The translations under genes were made by a program, and so were the position numbers. A DNA stretch of 64,000 bases from an uncultured Verrucomicrobiota bacterium (lineage in GTDB: Bacteria > Verrucomicrobiota > Verrucomicrobiia > Limisphaerales > UBA1319). The notes beneath the pieces were generated by a model. The model had not been told where the DNA came from, did not search any database, and saw only the letters and a program-made list of their open reading frames with translations. The DNA is taken from positions 9,998-73,997 of the forward strand of contig CAZIDG010000001.1 in assembly GCA_964538065.1 (NCBI GenBank), written 5' to 3'. Shown piece after piece: positions 28,301 through 39,567 of the stretch (the first letter of the stretch is position 1; each line of letters opens with the position of its first letter).

Positions 28301-28398
28301 TGGGTCGCGCGGGTTGGTGGCGCAGGATGGGATGTTTCTCACGGCAAGAGGGCGTCCGGACATAACAGATTTAGGAATTGATACACATTTAATTTCGC

Positions 28399-29454
28399 AT
28401 GAAGAAAAAGGCATACGCATTGGCGGGGGTTGATATCGATCTGGGCAACAAAGTGAAAAGCACTCTGCCCGAACTGCTCGCTTCCACCCATCGTCCTGAA
28501 GTGTTGGGCAAGGTTGGCGGCTTCGGCGGCTTGTTCGCTCTGAAAACGAGCCAGTATAAAAAGCCAGTGCTCGTTTCGAGCGTGGATGGCGTGGGGACCA
28601 AACTCAAAATCGCCTTCGCGATGGGGCGGCATGACACGATCGGTCAGGACCTGGTGAATCACTGCGTGAATGACATTGCCGTGCTGGGAGCCGAACCATT
28701 GTTTTTCCTCGATTACATCGGCACCGGTAAACTTGAGGCGCGTGTTTTCACCGAAATCATCTCCGGTTTTGCCAAGGCATGCTCTGAAAACCATTGTGCT
28801 CTCATCGGGGGCGAGACGGCCCAGATGCCTGGATTTTACCAGCCAGGCGAGTATGATGTGAGTGGCACCATCGTGGGCGTGGTGGATCAGGACCGGATGA
28901 TCGATGGCAAGACCATCAAGCCCGGCGATGCGGTGATCGGTGTTGAGGCCAGCGGGTTGCACACCAATGGTTATTCCCTGGCCCGCAAGATTTTCTTCGA
29001 AAAAATGAAGCTCAAACCCACCTCCCGGGTGGCTGAGTTGGGCAACACCATCGGGGCCGAGCTCATGAAGGTGCATGTGAGCTACGGGCCACTGGTCCAA
29101 AAGCTCATGCGCAAGTTCAACGCCGGTGACAAGAAATCAAGGGGGATCAAGGGCATCGCCCACATTACCGGTGGTGGTTTTGTCGATAACATCCCCCGCG
29201 TGCTGCCCAAGAACTGCGACGTCGTCATTCGCAAGGGTTCCTGGGATGTGCTTCCCATTTTCCAGCTCCTGCAGACCCATGGCGGAATCGACGATGCCGA
29301 GCTCTACCAGGTGTTCAACATGGGCGTGGGTATGACGTTCATCGTTGCGGGCGACAAGGCCGACGCGGTGTTGCGGTTTATCAAGACGCAGGGCATCAAG
29401 ACCTGGCTCGTGGGCGAAGTGGTCAAGGGCTCTGGAGTGACGCACGTCCGCTAG
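28399..29454 (+). CDS. purM: phosphoribosylformylglycinamidine cyclo-ligase (AIR synthetase)
   Basis: YALAGVDIDLGN..GGFGGLF..LVSSVDGVGTKLKIA..DLVNHCVNDI..GGETAQMPG..AHITGGG. Confidence 0.95.
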   Translation: MKKKAYALAGVDIDLGNKVKSTLPELLASTHRPEVLGKVGGFGGLFALKTSQYKKPVLVSSVDGVGTKLKIAFAMGRHDTIGQDLVNHCVNDIAVLGAEPLFFLDYIGTGKLEARVFTEIISGFAKACSENHCALIGGETAQMPGFYQPGEYDVSGTIVGVVDQDRMIDGKTIKPGDAVIGVEASGLHTNGYSLARKIFFEKMKLKPTSRVAELGNTIGAELMKVHVSYGPLVQKLMRKFNAGDKKSRGIKGIAHITGGGFVDNIPRVLPKNCDVVIRKGSWDVLPIFQLLQTHGGIDDAELYQVFNMGVGMTFIVAGDKADAVLRFIKTQGIKTWLVGEVVKGSGVTHVR

Positions 29455-29476
29455 GTGTTTTTTTAAGCCCTCCAGC

Positions 29477-29935
29477 ATGGCCCACATACACGAAAAGGTT
29501 GATTGGGCAGTCGCGGTCTTTGTGGTGCAACAGCAGCGTGTGTTGCTCGTGCATCACCGTAATCTCAAACAATGGCTTCCAGTAGGAGGGCATGTGGAGT
29601 TGGATGAGGATCCTGAGACGGCTGCCCTGCGGGAAACACTGGAAGAAAGCGGTCTTGAGGTGGAATTGCTGGGAGACCGTCCGCCAACCACCGGAGGGGG
29701 CACCAAGGCCTTGATCACACCCCGATTCCTCGACCAGCATCGCATTAGTGACACGCACCAACACGTCTGCCTCATCTATTTTGCGCGGCCCCGCAAGGGC
29801 AGCGTTACTCTCGCCGAGGCCGAGCACCATGCCATCCAATGGTGCAGTCGCGAGGATCTGGACCGGCTAAATCCGCCCATCGCTCCGTCGGTGCGCTGGT
29901 ATTGCGAGAAGGCCCTGTTTGAAGTTAAGGATTAA
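29477..29935 (+). CDS. NUDIX hydrolase
   Basis: Nudix box GGHVELDEDPETAALRETLEESGL. Confidence 0.85.
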   Translation: MAHIHEKVDWAVAVFVVQQQRVLLVHHRNLKQWLPVGGHVELDEDPETAALRETLEESGLEVELLGDRPPTTGGGTKALITPRFLDQHRISDTHQHVCLIYFARPRKGSVTLAEAEHHAIQWCSREDLDRLNPPIAPSVRWYCEKALFEVKD

Positions 29936-30359
29936 CCACTTCTCGCAGGGGTGCCGATTGACTCATGAAGGCATCAAAAGTGGGCCATGCATCGGCAACG
30001 CGAATTGAAGGAAGCCCGGTAATTCGCCCCCTGATGCCCATTCTGCGAAGTCCAGACATGGCATTGCTGCGATAGCTTAAGGCATCCTGTTCCTGGCATC
30101 TGGATCCGGGATCTTGCTGGGGGGGCCTTGATGAATCCAACAACAGGATGTACTTTATTCGCACATGCGAAAATCCTGAATATCCGAGCAAAACCATGGG
30201 GAATGTTGACAAGCATTCTCCCGTGAAATGGTATCAAGGATGTCCGTCGTGTGGTTCATGGCGCCTCAGTTAATGTAATGGAGGGATCGTCAAACAACCA
30301 CGGGAGCCTTGCTGGTTGAACGCAAGGGATGGGGTTTTCGAAACAAAAACAAGTATCCC

Positions 30360-31103
30360 ATGAAAATTGCACTCGTTACCGGATCGAGCCGTGGCTTGGG
30401 ACGTGCCATGGCCTTAAGGCTTGCCAAGGATGGACATGCCGTGATCATTCACTACAACTCCAATGCCGAGGAGGCCGGGAATGTCGTGGCTCAGATCAAT
30501 CAGGGCGGAGGCAAGGCCTTTGCAGTTCAAGCGGACATTGGCAGGGTTGCATCCATTGAGGCCATGTACGCCAGGATTGACCAGGAACTCATCGAACGAT
30601 TTGGCAACCGGCAATTTGACATTCTGGTGAACAACGCTGGCACAGCGGTGATCAGGGAACAATGGACTGAGGCGGACTTCGACACCCAATTCGATCTGAA
30701 TGTCAAAGGAGTGTTTTTTATGACGCAAATGGCCATTCCACGTCTTCGGGATGGTGGTCGAATCATCAATGTCGGCACCGCATTAACCCGCTTTAGCGAT
30801 CCCCCTTATATGGTCTATGCCGCCTCAAAAGGCGCGGTCAATGTCTTCACGCGATATCTGTCTGCGATGCTCGGTGCCCGTAACATCACCGTGAATACCA
30901 TTGCACCAGGCCCGATCGATACTGACATCAATGCCAGTTGGCTGCGTTCCGAGGAGGGACGTCAGCAGGCCATGGCCATCTCGGCGATCAAACGAGTGGG
31001 CGTTCCTGAAGATATTGCGGACGCCGTGGCGTTTCTGGCTTCGGATGACAGCCGATGGATTACGGGACAGTGGATAGAAGCTTCTGGAGGGGCGCATTTG
31101 TGA
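30360..31103 (+). CDS. SDR-family oxidoreductase
   Basis: ATG 30360 gives MKIALVTGSSRGLG; NNAG; YAASKGAV (YxxxK). Confidence 0.85.
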   Translation: MKIALVTGSSRGLGRAMALRLAKDGHAVIIHYNSNAEEAGNVVAQINQGGGKAFAVQADIGRVASIEAMYARIDQELIERFGNRQFDILVNNAGTAVIREQWTEADFDTQFDLNVKGVFFMTQMAIPRLRDGGRIINVGTALTRFSDPPYMVYAASKGAVNVFTRYLSAMLGARNITVNTIAPGPIDTDINASWLRSEEGRQQAMAISAIKRVGVPEDIADAVAFLASDDSRWITGQWIEASGGAHL

Positions 31104-31179
31104 TGATACGCCCCTCAGGGATCATAATGCTTTAGCACATTACGTGTCGCTTAATCCGGTGGTCGCTGCATGGAACCTG

Positions 31180-32436
31180 TCAGTGACCCGGCAGAGTGCT
31201 GGGAAGCAGTTCGTTGTCCGGCAGCGAGGTGTGATAGCCTGCTTTTCGGAGCATGGCTACAATGTTGGTCAAATGTTCGAGACCGCGCGTCTGTAAAATG
31301 AAATCCACCATGGCCGTCTGCAGGGGGCGCGGGCTGAAGGCTCTTTGATGGTGGACCTCCACAATGTTTCCACCGCTGGCGCCGATCAGACCTGACACCC
31401 GCGCCAATTCACCCGGCACGTCGCGCGTATCCACGCGCAGGCGGACGAGTTGGCCGTTGCGTGCCAGCCCCCGGTGAATGATCGACGAGAGAATCATCAG
31501 ATCGATGTTGCCTCCAGACAGGACGAGGCCCACTTTTTTACGGCGGAATTGTTTCCTGTACTTCAGAAGAGCCGCAAGCCCGCAGGCGCCTGCGCCTTCC
31601 ACAACGGTTTTCTCAACCTGCAATAGCAACAAAATGGCATCCTCAAGTTCACCTTCACCGACAAGCAGGATGTTGCTGACGAGGCTTTCCACCACCGGTC
31701 GTGTGAGCTTGCCTGGATTTTTGACTGCAATGCCCTCAGCCACGGTATATTGGGCGCATTCCACAGGCTGCTTGTGGATCAATTGATACATCGCCGGAAA
31801 ACGTTCCGACTGCACACCAATGACATCGATGCCGGGTTTGACGCCCTTGGCTGCCGTGGCGATGCCTGCGATCATGCCGCCTCCGCCCACAGGGATCAGC
31901 AGGGTTTCCAGCTTGGGTTGTTGTTCAAGCATTTCCAGAGCCAGCGTGCCCTGACCTGCCATCACATAAGGATCATCATAGGGATGAATGAGAGTGAGCT
32001 TGCGTTCCTTGGACAATTGCTGGGTGTAATCGCTGGCCTCATCAAAGGTATCCCCCTGTAAAATGACCTCAGCGTCATGCGCTCGCGTATGTTCGACTTT
32101 AACGTTGGGTGTGTGGCGTGGCATGACGATTGTGGCGCGGATGCCCAACCGTTTGGCATGATAGGCAACCCCTTGTGCATGATTGCCAGCGGACATGGCG
32201 ATGACACCATGTTGCCGCTGAGCAGGTGTCAGAGTCAGCAGCCGGTTCAGGGCTCCGCGCTCCTTGAAGGCGGCGGTAAATTGCAGATTTTCAAATTTGA
32301 GAAAAACCTCCGCGCCGGTAATGCGCGAGAGGGTGCGGGAGTAGGTGCAAGGCGTCAGCAATAGATTGCCTCGCAACCGATCAGCAGCCGCTTGAACTTC
32401 AGCTAAAGAGAGTTTCATGCGTGTCTTGTGATCCAA
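31180..32436 (-). CDS. ilvA: threonine ammonia-lyase (threonine dehydratase), short form with one C-terminal ACT-like domain
   Basis: FKFENLQFTAAFKERGA (PLP lysine), SAGNHAQG, GGGGMIAG, and a C-terminal regulatory domain. Confidence 0.8.
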   Translation of the reverse strand: MDHKTRMKLSLAEVQAAADRLRGNLLLTPCTYSRTLSRITGAEVFLKFENLQFTAAFKERGALNRLLTLTPAQRQHGVIAMSAGNHAQGVAYHAKRLGIRATIVMPRHTPNVKVEHTRAHDAEVILQGDTFDEASDYTQQLSKERKLTLIHPYDDPYVMAGQGTLALEMLEQQPKLETLLIPVGGGGMIAGIATAAKGVKPGIDVIGVQSERFPAMYQLIHKQPVECAQYTVAEGIAVKNPGKLTRPVVESLVSNILLVGEGELEDAILLLLQVEKTVVEGAGACGLAALLKYRKQFRRKKVGLVLSGGNIDLMILSSIIHRGLARNGQLVRLRVDTRDVPGELARVSGLIGASGGNIVEVHHQRAFSPRPLQTAMVDFILQTRGLEHLTNIVAMLRKAGYHTSLPDNELLPSTLPGH

Positions 32437-32610
32437 TTAATGATCACAAGCCGGTAAGATTGACATGAATGCGCAGCAAGGTCGAGATTGAAAAAAGGCC
32501 ATTGGAAGGGACCCATCCAGTGAAGTGCGGGGGCGTGTAACCACATCCCGTCGTCCAGCGTTACCAATACCAGAATCAACCATGATGATGCAGGGGTTGA
32601 AAACGAGAGT

Positions 32611-33495
32611 ATGGTCATGAAAACAAGCGTCATTCAATGCGGCGACGAGGTCCTGGGAAATTCCACAACGGGTCTGTCCGATCCTCGGGCCTTCACGCTC
32701 ATCGAACTCCTGGTGGTGATTGCCATTATCGCCATTCTGGCAGGGATGCTCCTGCCCTCTCTGGCCAAGGCGAAGAGCAAGGCCCAGGGCATGGCGTGTC
32801 TTAACAATCTCAAACAACTCCAACTGGCATGGAGTTCATATTGCGATGATGCGGGGGACCGGATGCCTGGCAACAGCCCTCTCAGCCCCTCGAACATAGG
32901 CCAGCGCGATGGATGGACTGCCAGTTCCAATTCCTGGGTGATGGGGAATGCGTGGTCGGAAGCCTCCGTGGCCGGGCTGGAAAGGGGTGTGTTGTTTCCC
33001 TATCACAAATCAGCCTCCCTCTATAAATGCCCCACCGATAGGTCCACCGTCAAAGACAAGGGACAACAGGCCCGCGTGCGCAGTGTGTCCATGAGCGTTT
33101 ATATGAATTTTGAATCGAATCCAAACCAGAGCGAGTATTCCATGTGCTGGCATCGGGTCGGGCAAATTCAGAAACCCGTTCTGGCCGCTGTGTTCGTCGA
33201 CGAAAGTGAAAAAAGCATCCAACAGGGCGCATTCGGAATCAATGCCCCCAACCATTTCACCTTTTTCAATTCCTCCCTATGGACCTGGATCAGTTTTCCG
33301 GCGATGCGCCACGGCAATGGCGGCACGCTGAGCTTCGCCGACGGCCATGCCGAGGTCTGGCGCTGGCTGGAACCCAATACTGTTGGCCTGGGCCGGCTTG
33401 ATGATTGGTGTGTGATGAAACCCGCCGTCCCCAACACGGATCGCGATCTTGGGCGCTTTTTCAAATCGGTTCCGGAAAAGGTGCCTGTGTTCTGA
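32611..33495 (+). CDS. DUF1559/prepilin-type N-terminal methylation-domain protein (H-X9-DG protein)
   Basis: [29 protein letters not shown] and [13 protein letters not shown] (H-X9-DG). Confidence 0.85.
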   Translation: MVMKTSVIQCGDEVLGNSTTGLSDPRAFTLIELLVVIAIIAILAGMLLPSLAKAKSKAQGMACLNNLKQLQLAWSSYCDDAGDRMPGNSPLSPSNIGQRDGWTASSNSWVMGNAWSEASVAGLERGVLFPYHKSASLYKCPTDRSTVKDKGQQARVRSVSMSVYMNFESNPNQSEYSMCWHRVGQIQKPVLAAVFVDESEKSIQQGAFGINAPNHFTFFNSSLWTWISFPAMRHGNGGTLSFADGHAEVWRWLEPNTVGLGRLDDWCVMKPAVPNTDRDLGRFFKSVPEKVPVF

Positions 33496-33511
33496 AATGC
33501 CTCAGACAGTA

Positions 33512-33541
33512 CCGCCCAGCGCACAGGGATACGCTGGGCGG
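33512..33541. terminator. hairpin between convergent genes; possible bidirectional terminator without a U-tract
   Basis: Perfect 10-bp stem: ccgcccagcg (33512-33521) with cgctgggcgg (33532-33541). Confidence 0.4.
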
Positions 33542-33554
33542 GGAAAGCCTGGGT

Positions 33555-35711
33555 TCAGGCAAAATGCAGCTTGGTTGTGGGTTCGTCAGGATCCCAACCA
33601 CGCGTAGGTTTGCTGGTGATGCCAGCGACTTCCTTGATGGACAATTGGTTGCCGCGGGCCTTCGCATTCTTGACGGCGACATCCCCTGGACAGCAGGTTT
33701 GCTGGTTGATTTTCTGGTATGGCGCCGGTTTGTAGCGAATATACAACTGTTCCGGGGTGTCGGGCTCAAAGAAGAGAATCTTCGTTTTCTCCGGCACGCA
33801 ATAGTACTCCTTGTCCAGTATGCATCCGCCAAAGGTGAAGCGTTTGAGATAGGTGGCCTCACGGTCGGCATAGGCAAGAGTGAAAACACGGTCGCGCTCT
33901 GGCAGACAGCAATATAGGAGGTCTGGACCCACAAACAACTTCTCGGGCAGTTCGATCACCCGGTAGTGGCCGTCTTTAAACACGAGCAGCAACTTGTCGA
34001 ATTTGGTGCAGTCCATCTTGAACTCATCGCCACCAGCCTTGTAGCCCACATAACCGGTTTCGCGATCATAGGCGACCTTGAAGGACTTGAAGGCGACCTC
34101 GCGGGCATCGATTTCGTCGTGTCGGCTGGATTTGGTCAGGCGCGGATAGAGGGGGCCGTATTTCTCCAGCAGGGCCTTGAGATGCCCAATCGCATAATTG
34201 ACGAGGTTTTTGAGGTTTTTGCGGGTCTCATTCAACTCCGCCTTCACCTGTTCCATCTCTTCGCGGTGCTTGTTGATGTCGAACAGGGATATGCGGCGGA
34301 TGCGAATTTGGAGCAGACGCTCGACATCGGGATCGGTGATGGGCCGGACAATTTCCTTTTGGAACGGCTTGAATCCCTCATAAACCGCGGCGACTACGGC
34401 CTCGTTGGTCTTGCACTGCTCAATCTTCTTGTAAATGCGTTCCTCAATAAAGATGCGTTCAAGGGTGCGGAAGTGAAGTTCTTCCTGCAGTTTGTGTTCT
34501 TTGAGCTCCAGTTCGCGCTTAAGGATGGCCAGAAGTTGGTCGGTGTTGGTGCGCAGGACATCCGAGGCCGTCATTTCGACGGGCCGGTTGTCCCGGATGA
34601 CAATGATGCGGCTGGAGATGCTGACCTCGCAGTCGGTGAAGGCGTACAGGGCGTCCACCAGTTGATCGGGTTCCACGCCTTGCGGACAGCGGATCTCGAT
34701 TTCCACATCCTCCGAGGTGAAATCGTTGATGGACTTGACCTTGAGTTTTCCTTTGCGAACGGCATCCTCGATCGAGCCGATGAGCAGGTCGGTGGTGGTC
34801 GTTGGCGGGATTTCACGGATGACGATGGTGGACTCATCCTTGACCTTGATCTTGGCGCGGACCTTGATGGTGCCCAGACCATCACGGTAATCCCGGGCGT
34901 CCATGAGCCCGCCGGTCTGGAAATCAGGCAGAATCTTGAAGGGCTGCTTCTTGAGGATCGCGATCTGGGCTTCCAGCAGTTCAGGAAAATTATGGGGCAG
35001 AATGCGCGATGAAAGGCCCACGGCAATGCCTTCCGTCCCAAGCATCAGCGTCAAAGGCAGCTTGGAGGGCAGGGTGATGGGTTCCTGATTGCGGCCATCA
35101 TAACTGGGCACTGTGTCGGTGATTTCATCGTTGAACAGCTCTGTCTTGGCCAGTTCCGTCAGGCGACATTCAATGTAACGGGAAGCGGCGGCAGGATCGC
35201 CCGTGTATATGTTGCCGTAATTCCCTTGGCCTTCAATGAGATAGCGTTTGTTGGCCAGCACCACCAGGGCGTCGCTGATCGAGGCGTCGCCATGAGGATG
35301 AAATTTCATGGTGTCACCGACGACGTTGGCGACCTTGGTGAACCGTCCGTCATCGATGCGGTGCAGGGCCCACAGGATGCGGCGCTGGACAGGCTTCAAA
35401 CCATCGGCAAGATGGGGAATGGCACGATCCCGGATGACATACGAAGCGTATTGAAGAAAACTGTCATCCACACGCCGATGGAGCGGTTGGTTTATCTTGT
35501 TTGGGTCAAATGGCTTGCTGATAACCGGTGCGCCACTGACGGTTACCGCCACCGTTTCCTGGGAATCCTCGCCATCTTCAGGCGTTGTGCCTGTCTCAGC
35601 CGGAACATCAGCAGGCTTGGACTCGGCAGGTTGGGAGGACGGTTCCGTGGGGGAGGCCCCATTCAAATCCAAACCAATCTGATTGGGATCCTGTTTACGT
35701 TGTCTGGCCAT
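33555..35711 (-). CDS. parC: type IIA topoisomerase subunit A (topoisomerase IV ParC-like) with a long low-complexity N-terminal extension
   Basis: YASYVIRDRAIPHLADGLKPVQRRILW, HPHGDASI, AASRYIECRLT (catalytic Tyr). It has a short C-terminal domain and lies next to the B subunit. Confidence 0.8.
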   Translation of the reverse strand: MARQRKQDPNQIGLDLNGASPTEPSSQPAESKPADVPAETGTTPEDGEDSQETVAVTVSGAPVISKPFDPNKINQPLHRRVDDSFLQYASYVIRDRAIPHLADGLKPVQRRILWALHRIDDGRFTKVANVVGDTMKFHPHGDASISDALVVLANKRYLIEGQGNYGNIYTGDPAAASRYIECRLTELAKTELFNDEITDTVPSYDGRNQEPITLPSKLPLTLMLGTEGIAVGLSSRILPHNFPELLEAQIAILKKQPFKILPDFQTGGLMDARDYRDGLGTIKVRAKIKVKDESTIVIREIPPTTTTDLLIGSIEDAVRKGKLKVKSINDFTSEDVEIEIRCPQGVEPDQLVDALYAFTDCEVSISSRIIVIRDNRPVEMTASDVLRTNTDQLLAILKRELELKEHKLQEELHFRTLERIFIEERIYKKIEQCKTNEAVVAAVYEGFKPFQKEIVRPITDPDVERLLQIRIRRISLFDINKHREEMEQVKAELNETRKNLKNLVNYAIGHLKALLEKYGPLYPRLTKSSRHDEIDAREVAFKSFKVAYDRETGYVGYKAGGDEFKMDCTKFDKLLLVFKDGHYRVIELPEKLFVGPDLLYCCLPERDRVFTLAYADREATYLKRFTFGGCILDKEYYCVPEKTKILFFEPDTPEQLYIRYKPAPYQKINQQTCCPGDVAVKNAKARGNQLSIKEVAGITSKPTRGWDPDEPTTKLHFA

Positions 35712-35746
35712 AGGATTGCGAAGAAGACTATTGGTAAAAGAACGGG

Positions 35747-37576
35747 CTATTCCTCCGCCGGCACCACAAGGTGGTCCATGATGTAGTCCTTGCGCTCGGG
35801 TGTGTTTTTGCCCATGTAGAATGTGAGGATTCCATGGGTGTCGGCCCTGGGCGCATATTCAACTCGGTTCAAACGCATTTCCTTGCCGATAAATTGTTTG
35901 AATTCATCAGGCGAGATTTCACCCAGCCCCTTGAATCGGGTGATTTCGGGTTTGCCCCCCAGCTTTTTCACGATTTCGTCGCGCTCAGTATCCGAGTAGC
36001 AGTAGACAGTCGTTTGTTTGTTGCGAACACGGAATAGCGGCGTCTCAAGGATGTAGAGGTGACCGTCATGCACCAGTTGTTCAAAAAATCGGAAAAAGTA
36101 GGTGATCATCAGGTTGCGGATGTGCAGGCCGTCCACATCTGCATCGGTGGCCAGGATGACCTTGTTGTAGCGTAACCCTTCAATGTTGTCCTCAATGTTG
36201 AGGCTTTGCATCAGGTTGTACAGTTCATCGTTCTTGTACATGATGTCACGCTTGAGGTCCCACACGTTCAAGGGTTTGCCCCTCAGAACGAACACCGCCT
36301 GGTTGTTGACGTCACGGCAACTGGTGATGGAGCCGGCAGCAGACTTGCCCTCGCATATGAATACCATGGAACCCTCACCACGGTCCCGTTTGCGGTCGAG
36401 GTGGTTCTTGCAGTCCTTAAGCTGGGGAATGCGCAGGGTGATGGCCCTGGCGCGTTCGCGGGCCAGTTTCTTGACCTCCTGCATTTCCTTGCGCAATTGA
36501 TGGCTGTCTTCGGCCTTGGAAATGATTCTTTCGGCAATTTCCTTGTTGCGGTTGAAGAACTGCAGGAGTTCCTCACGCACTTGATTGACCAGATCTGTGC
36601 GGATTTCTGTGTTCCCCAGTTTGTTTTTGGTCTGCGATTCAAACAGGGGGTCCTTCAAGCGGATGGCCACAGCGCCCACAATGCCCTCCCGGACATCATC
36701 ACCATCGTATCCCTTTTTGGAGTACTCATTGACGGCCTTGAGCATGCCTTCTCGAAAGGCGCTCAGGTGGGTGCCGCCATCGGAGGTGAACTGGCCATTG
36801 ACGAAGGAGAAAAGAGTCTCGCCATAGCGGCTGTTGCTATGGGTGAAGCAGAATTCAAGGGTCTTGCTTGTGTAGTGAAGGGGGGCGTAAATGGGCTCGC
36901 TGCCGTCCGTCTCCAATTCCTCCATGATGAGATCCATCAACCCCATCTTGGATTGGAAAACCTTGCCGTTGAAATGGAGCTTCAGGCCGGCATTCAGATA
37001 GCTGTAATGGCGGAGCCTCTTCTCGATGTAGTCCGCGCGAAATTCGGATTTTTTGAAAATCTCGGGATCGGGCTCGAACCGGATGAGGGTTCCATCGGCC
37101 TCGTCGGTTTTCCCTTCGCCTTCCTTCTTGAGCCTGCCTTGTTTGAACGTGGCTTCCGCAAACTCACCCCCACGGTGGCTGCGGACATAGAACTCCTTGG
37201 AAAGGGCATTGACCGCCTTGGTGCCGACACCATTCAGACCCACGCTGAACTGAAACACATCATCGTTGTATTTGGCGCCAGTGTTGATTTTGGAGACACA
37301 GTCCACCACCTTGCCCAGGGGAATGCCGCGCCCAAAATCGCGCACCGTGACGACATTGCCCTCAATGCCAATCTGGACCTCCCGTCCAAATCCCATGATG
37401 TATTCGTCAATCGCGTTATCAATGACTTCCTTTAGCAGGACATAACATCCATCGTCGAAATGGGAACCATCGCCCACGCGACCGATATACATGCCTGTGC
37501 GCAGCCGGATATGCTCCAGCGAGGAAAGCGTCTTAATCTTGCTCTCGTCGTATGTGTGTTTGCCACCGTCAGCCAT
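35747..37576 (-). CDS. parE: type IIA topoisomerase subunit B (ParE-like)
   Basis: LEHIRLRTGMYIG, EVIDNAIDE, GLNGVGTKAVNALS, the Toprim motif CEGKSAGGS-like (ICEGKSAAGS), and ILATDADVDGLHI. Confidence 0.85.
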   Translation of the reverse strand: MADGGKHTYDESKIKTLSSLEHIRLRTGMYIGRVGDGSHFDDGCYVLLKEVIDNAIDEYIMGFGREVQIGIEGNVVTVRDFGRGIPLGKVVDCVSKINTGAKYNDDVFQFSVGLNGVGTKAVNALSKEFYVRSHRGGEFAEATFKQGRLKKEGEGKTDEADGTLIRFEPDPEIFKKSEFRADYIEKRLRHYSYLNAGLKLHFNGKVFQSKMGLMDLIMEELETDGSEPIYAPLHYTSKTLEFCFTHSNSRYGETLFSFVNGQFTSDGGTHLSAFREGMLKAVNEYSKKGYDGDDVREGIVGAVAIRLKDPLFESQTKNKLGNTEIRTDLVNQVREELLQFFNRNKEIAERIISKAEDSHQLRKEMQEVKKLARERARAITLRIPQLKDCKNHLDRKRDRGEGSMVFICEGKSAAGSITSCRDVNNQAVFVLRGKPLNVWDLKRDIMYKNDELYNLMQSLNIEDNIEGLRYNKVILATDADVDGLHIRNLMITYFFRFFEQLVHDGHLYILETPLFRVRNKQTTVYCYSDTERDEIVKKLGGKPEITRFKGLGEISPDEFKQFIGKEMRLNRVEYAPRADTHGILTFYMGKNTPERKDYIMDHLVVPAEE

Positions 37577-37940
37577 AACTACTTAACAAAACCCATTAAG
37601 AGTGTAGAATATTGACCGGATTGACCGGATTGCCAACAAGGAAATGAAAGGGGTCATTATCAATGCATCTTACTCATGGGGTGAGGGTTGTGGATGTGGA
37701 ATCGTTGTTGTTTTAAAAATATTTGCCCTTGAGATCGCCAAATAGCGGCTAATATCTTCATAGGGAAGAACTTAATAATCATTGTAAAGAAGGTCGGTGC
37801 ATGGTCGCTCTGGGCGGAATGGAGCGCATTGGGATCTGGGAGTATTTATGCATCATTCTAGTGATCAATGAATTACAAAGTACTCTTGCCCTGAAGTTGC
37901 ACGATTTCTGGCAAACGTGTGAATGGATTGCCGACTTGCT

Positions 37941-37981
37941 TCAAAAAACAAAAAAACCGGAAGCCAAAATGACTTCCGGTT
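37941..37981 (-). terminator. rho-independent terminator after eno
   Basis: On the minus strand: aaccggaag tcattttgg cttccggtt, followed by tttttgtttttt. Confidence 0.7.
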
Positions 37982-37999
37982 TCTGTGGAGGAAATATGA

Positions 38000-39274
<1,275 letters not shown>

Positions 39275-39567
39275 TTATGTGTATAGTTACACCAAATGCG
39301 TGCGAATGATAAGTTTCGGGCCGCCTGAGTCAAGGCGTAAGCCAATCCTCCCGCCGTTCATAAGTTCATATTACTGCTGGCCAACGGGTTGAAGCCCGGG
39401 CTAAAGTGTGCCAAATGGCCGCTGAATATCGGCGGCCTTTGACGGGGATGGGATGGCGCCGTTCGATGTGGTTGTGCTCAATGCACGCGCTCGAATGGCC
39501 TTGTTTTCGTCCTTGAAGGGGTGTGTCGTGAAACGGCACTCCTGCGATCAAGTGGAACTGAGCCTGT

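Noticed and set aside
36206-37435. 409-aa plus-strand ORF; 33966-35012 (348 aa) is similar
   Set aside because: These are antisense shadows of the parE-like and parC-like genes. Their low-complexity Leu/Gly/Ala/Asp-rich translations carry no domain signature.
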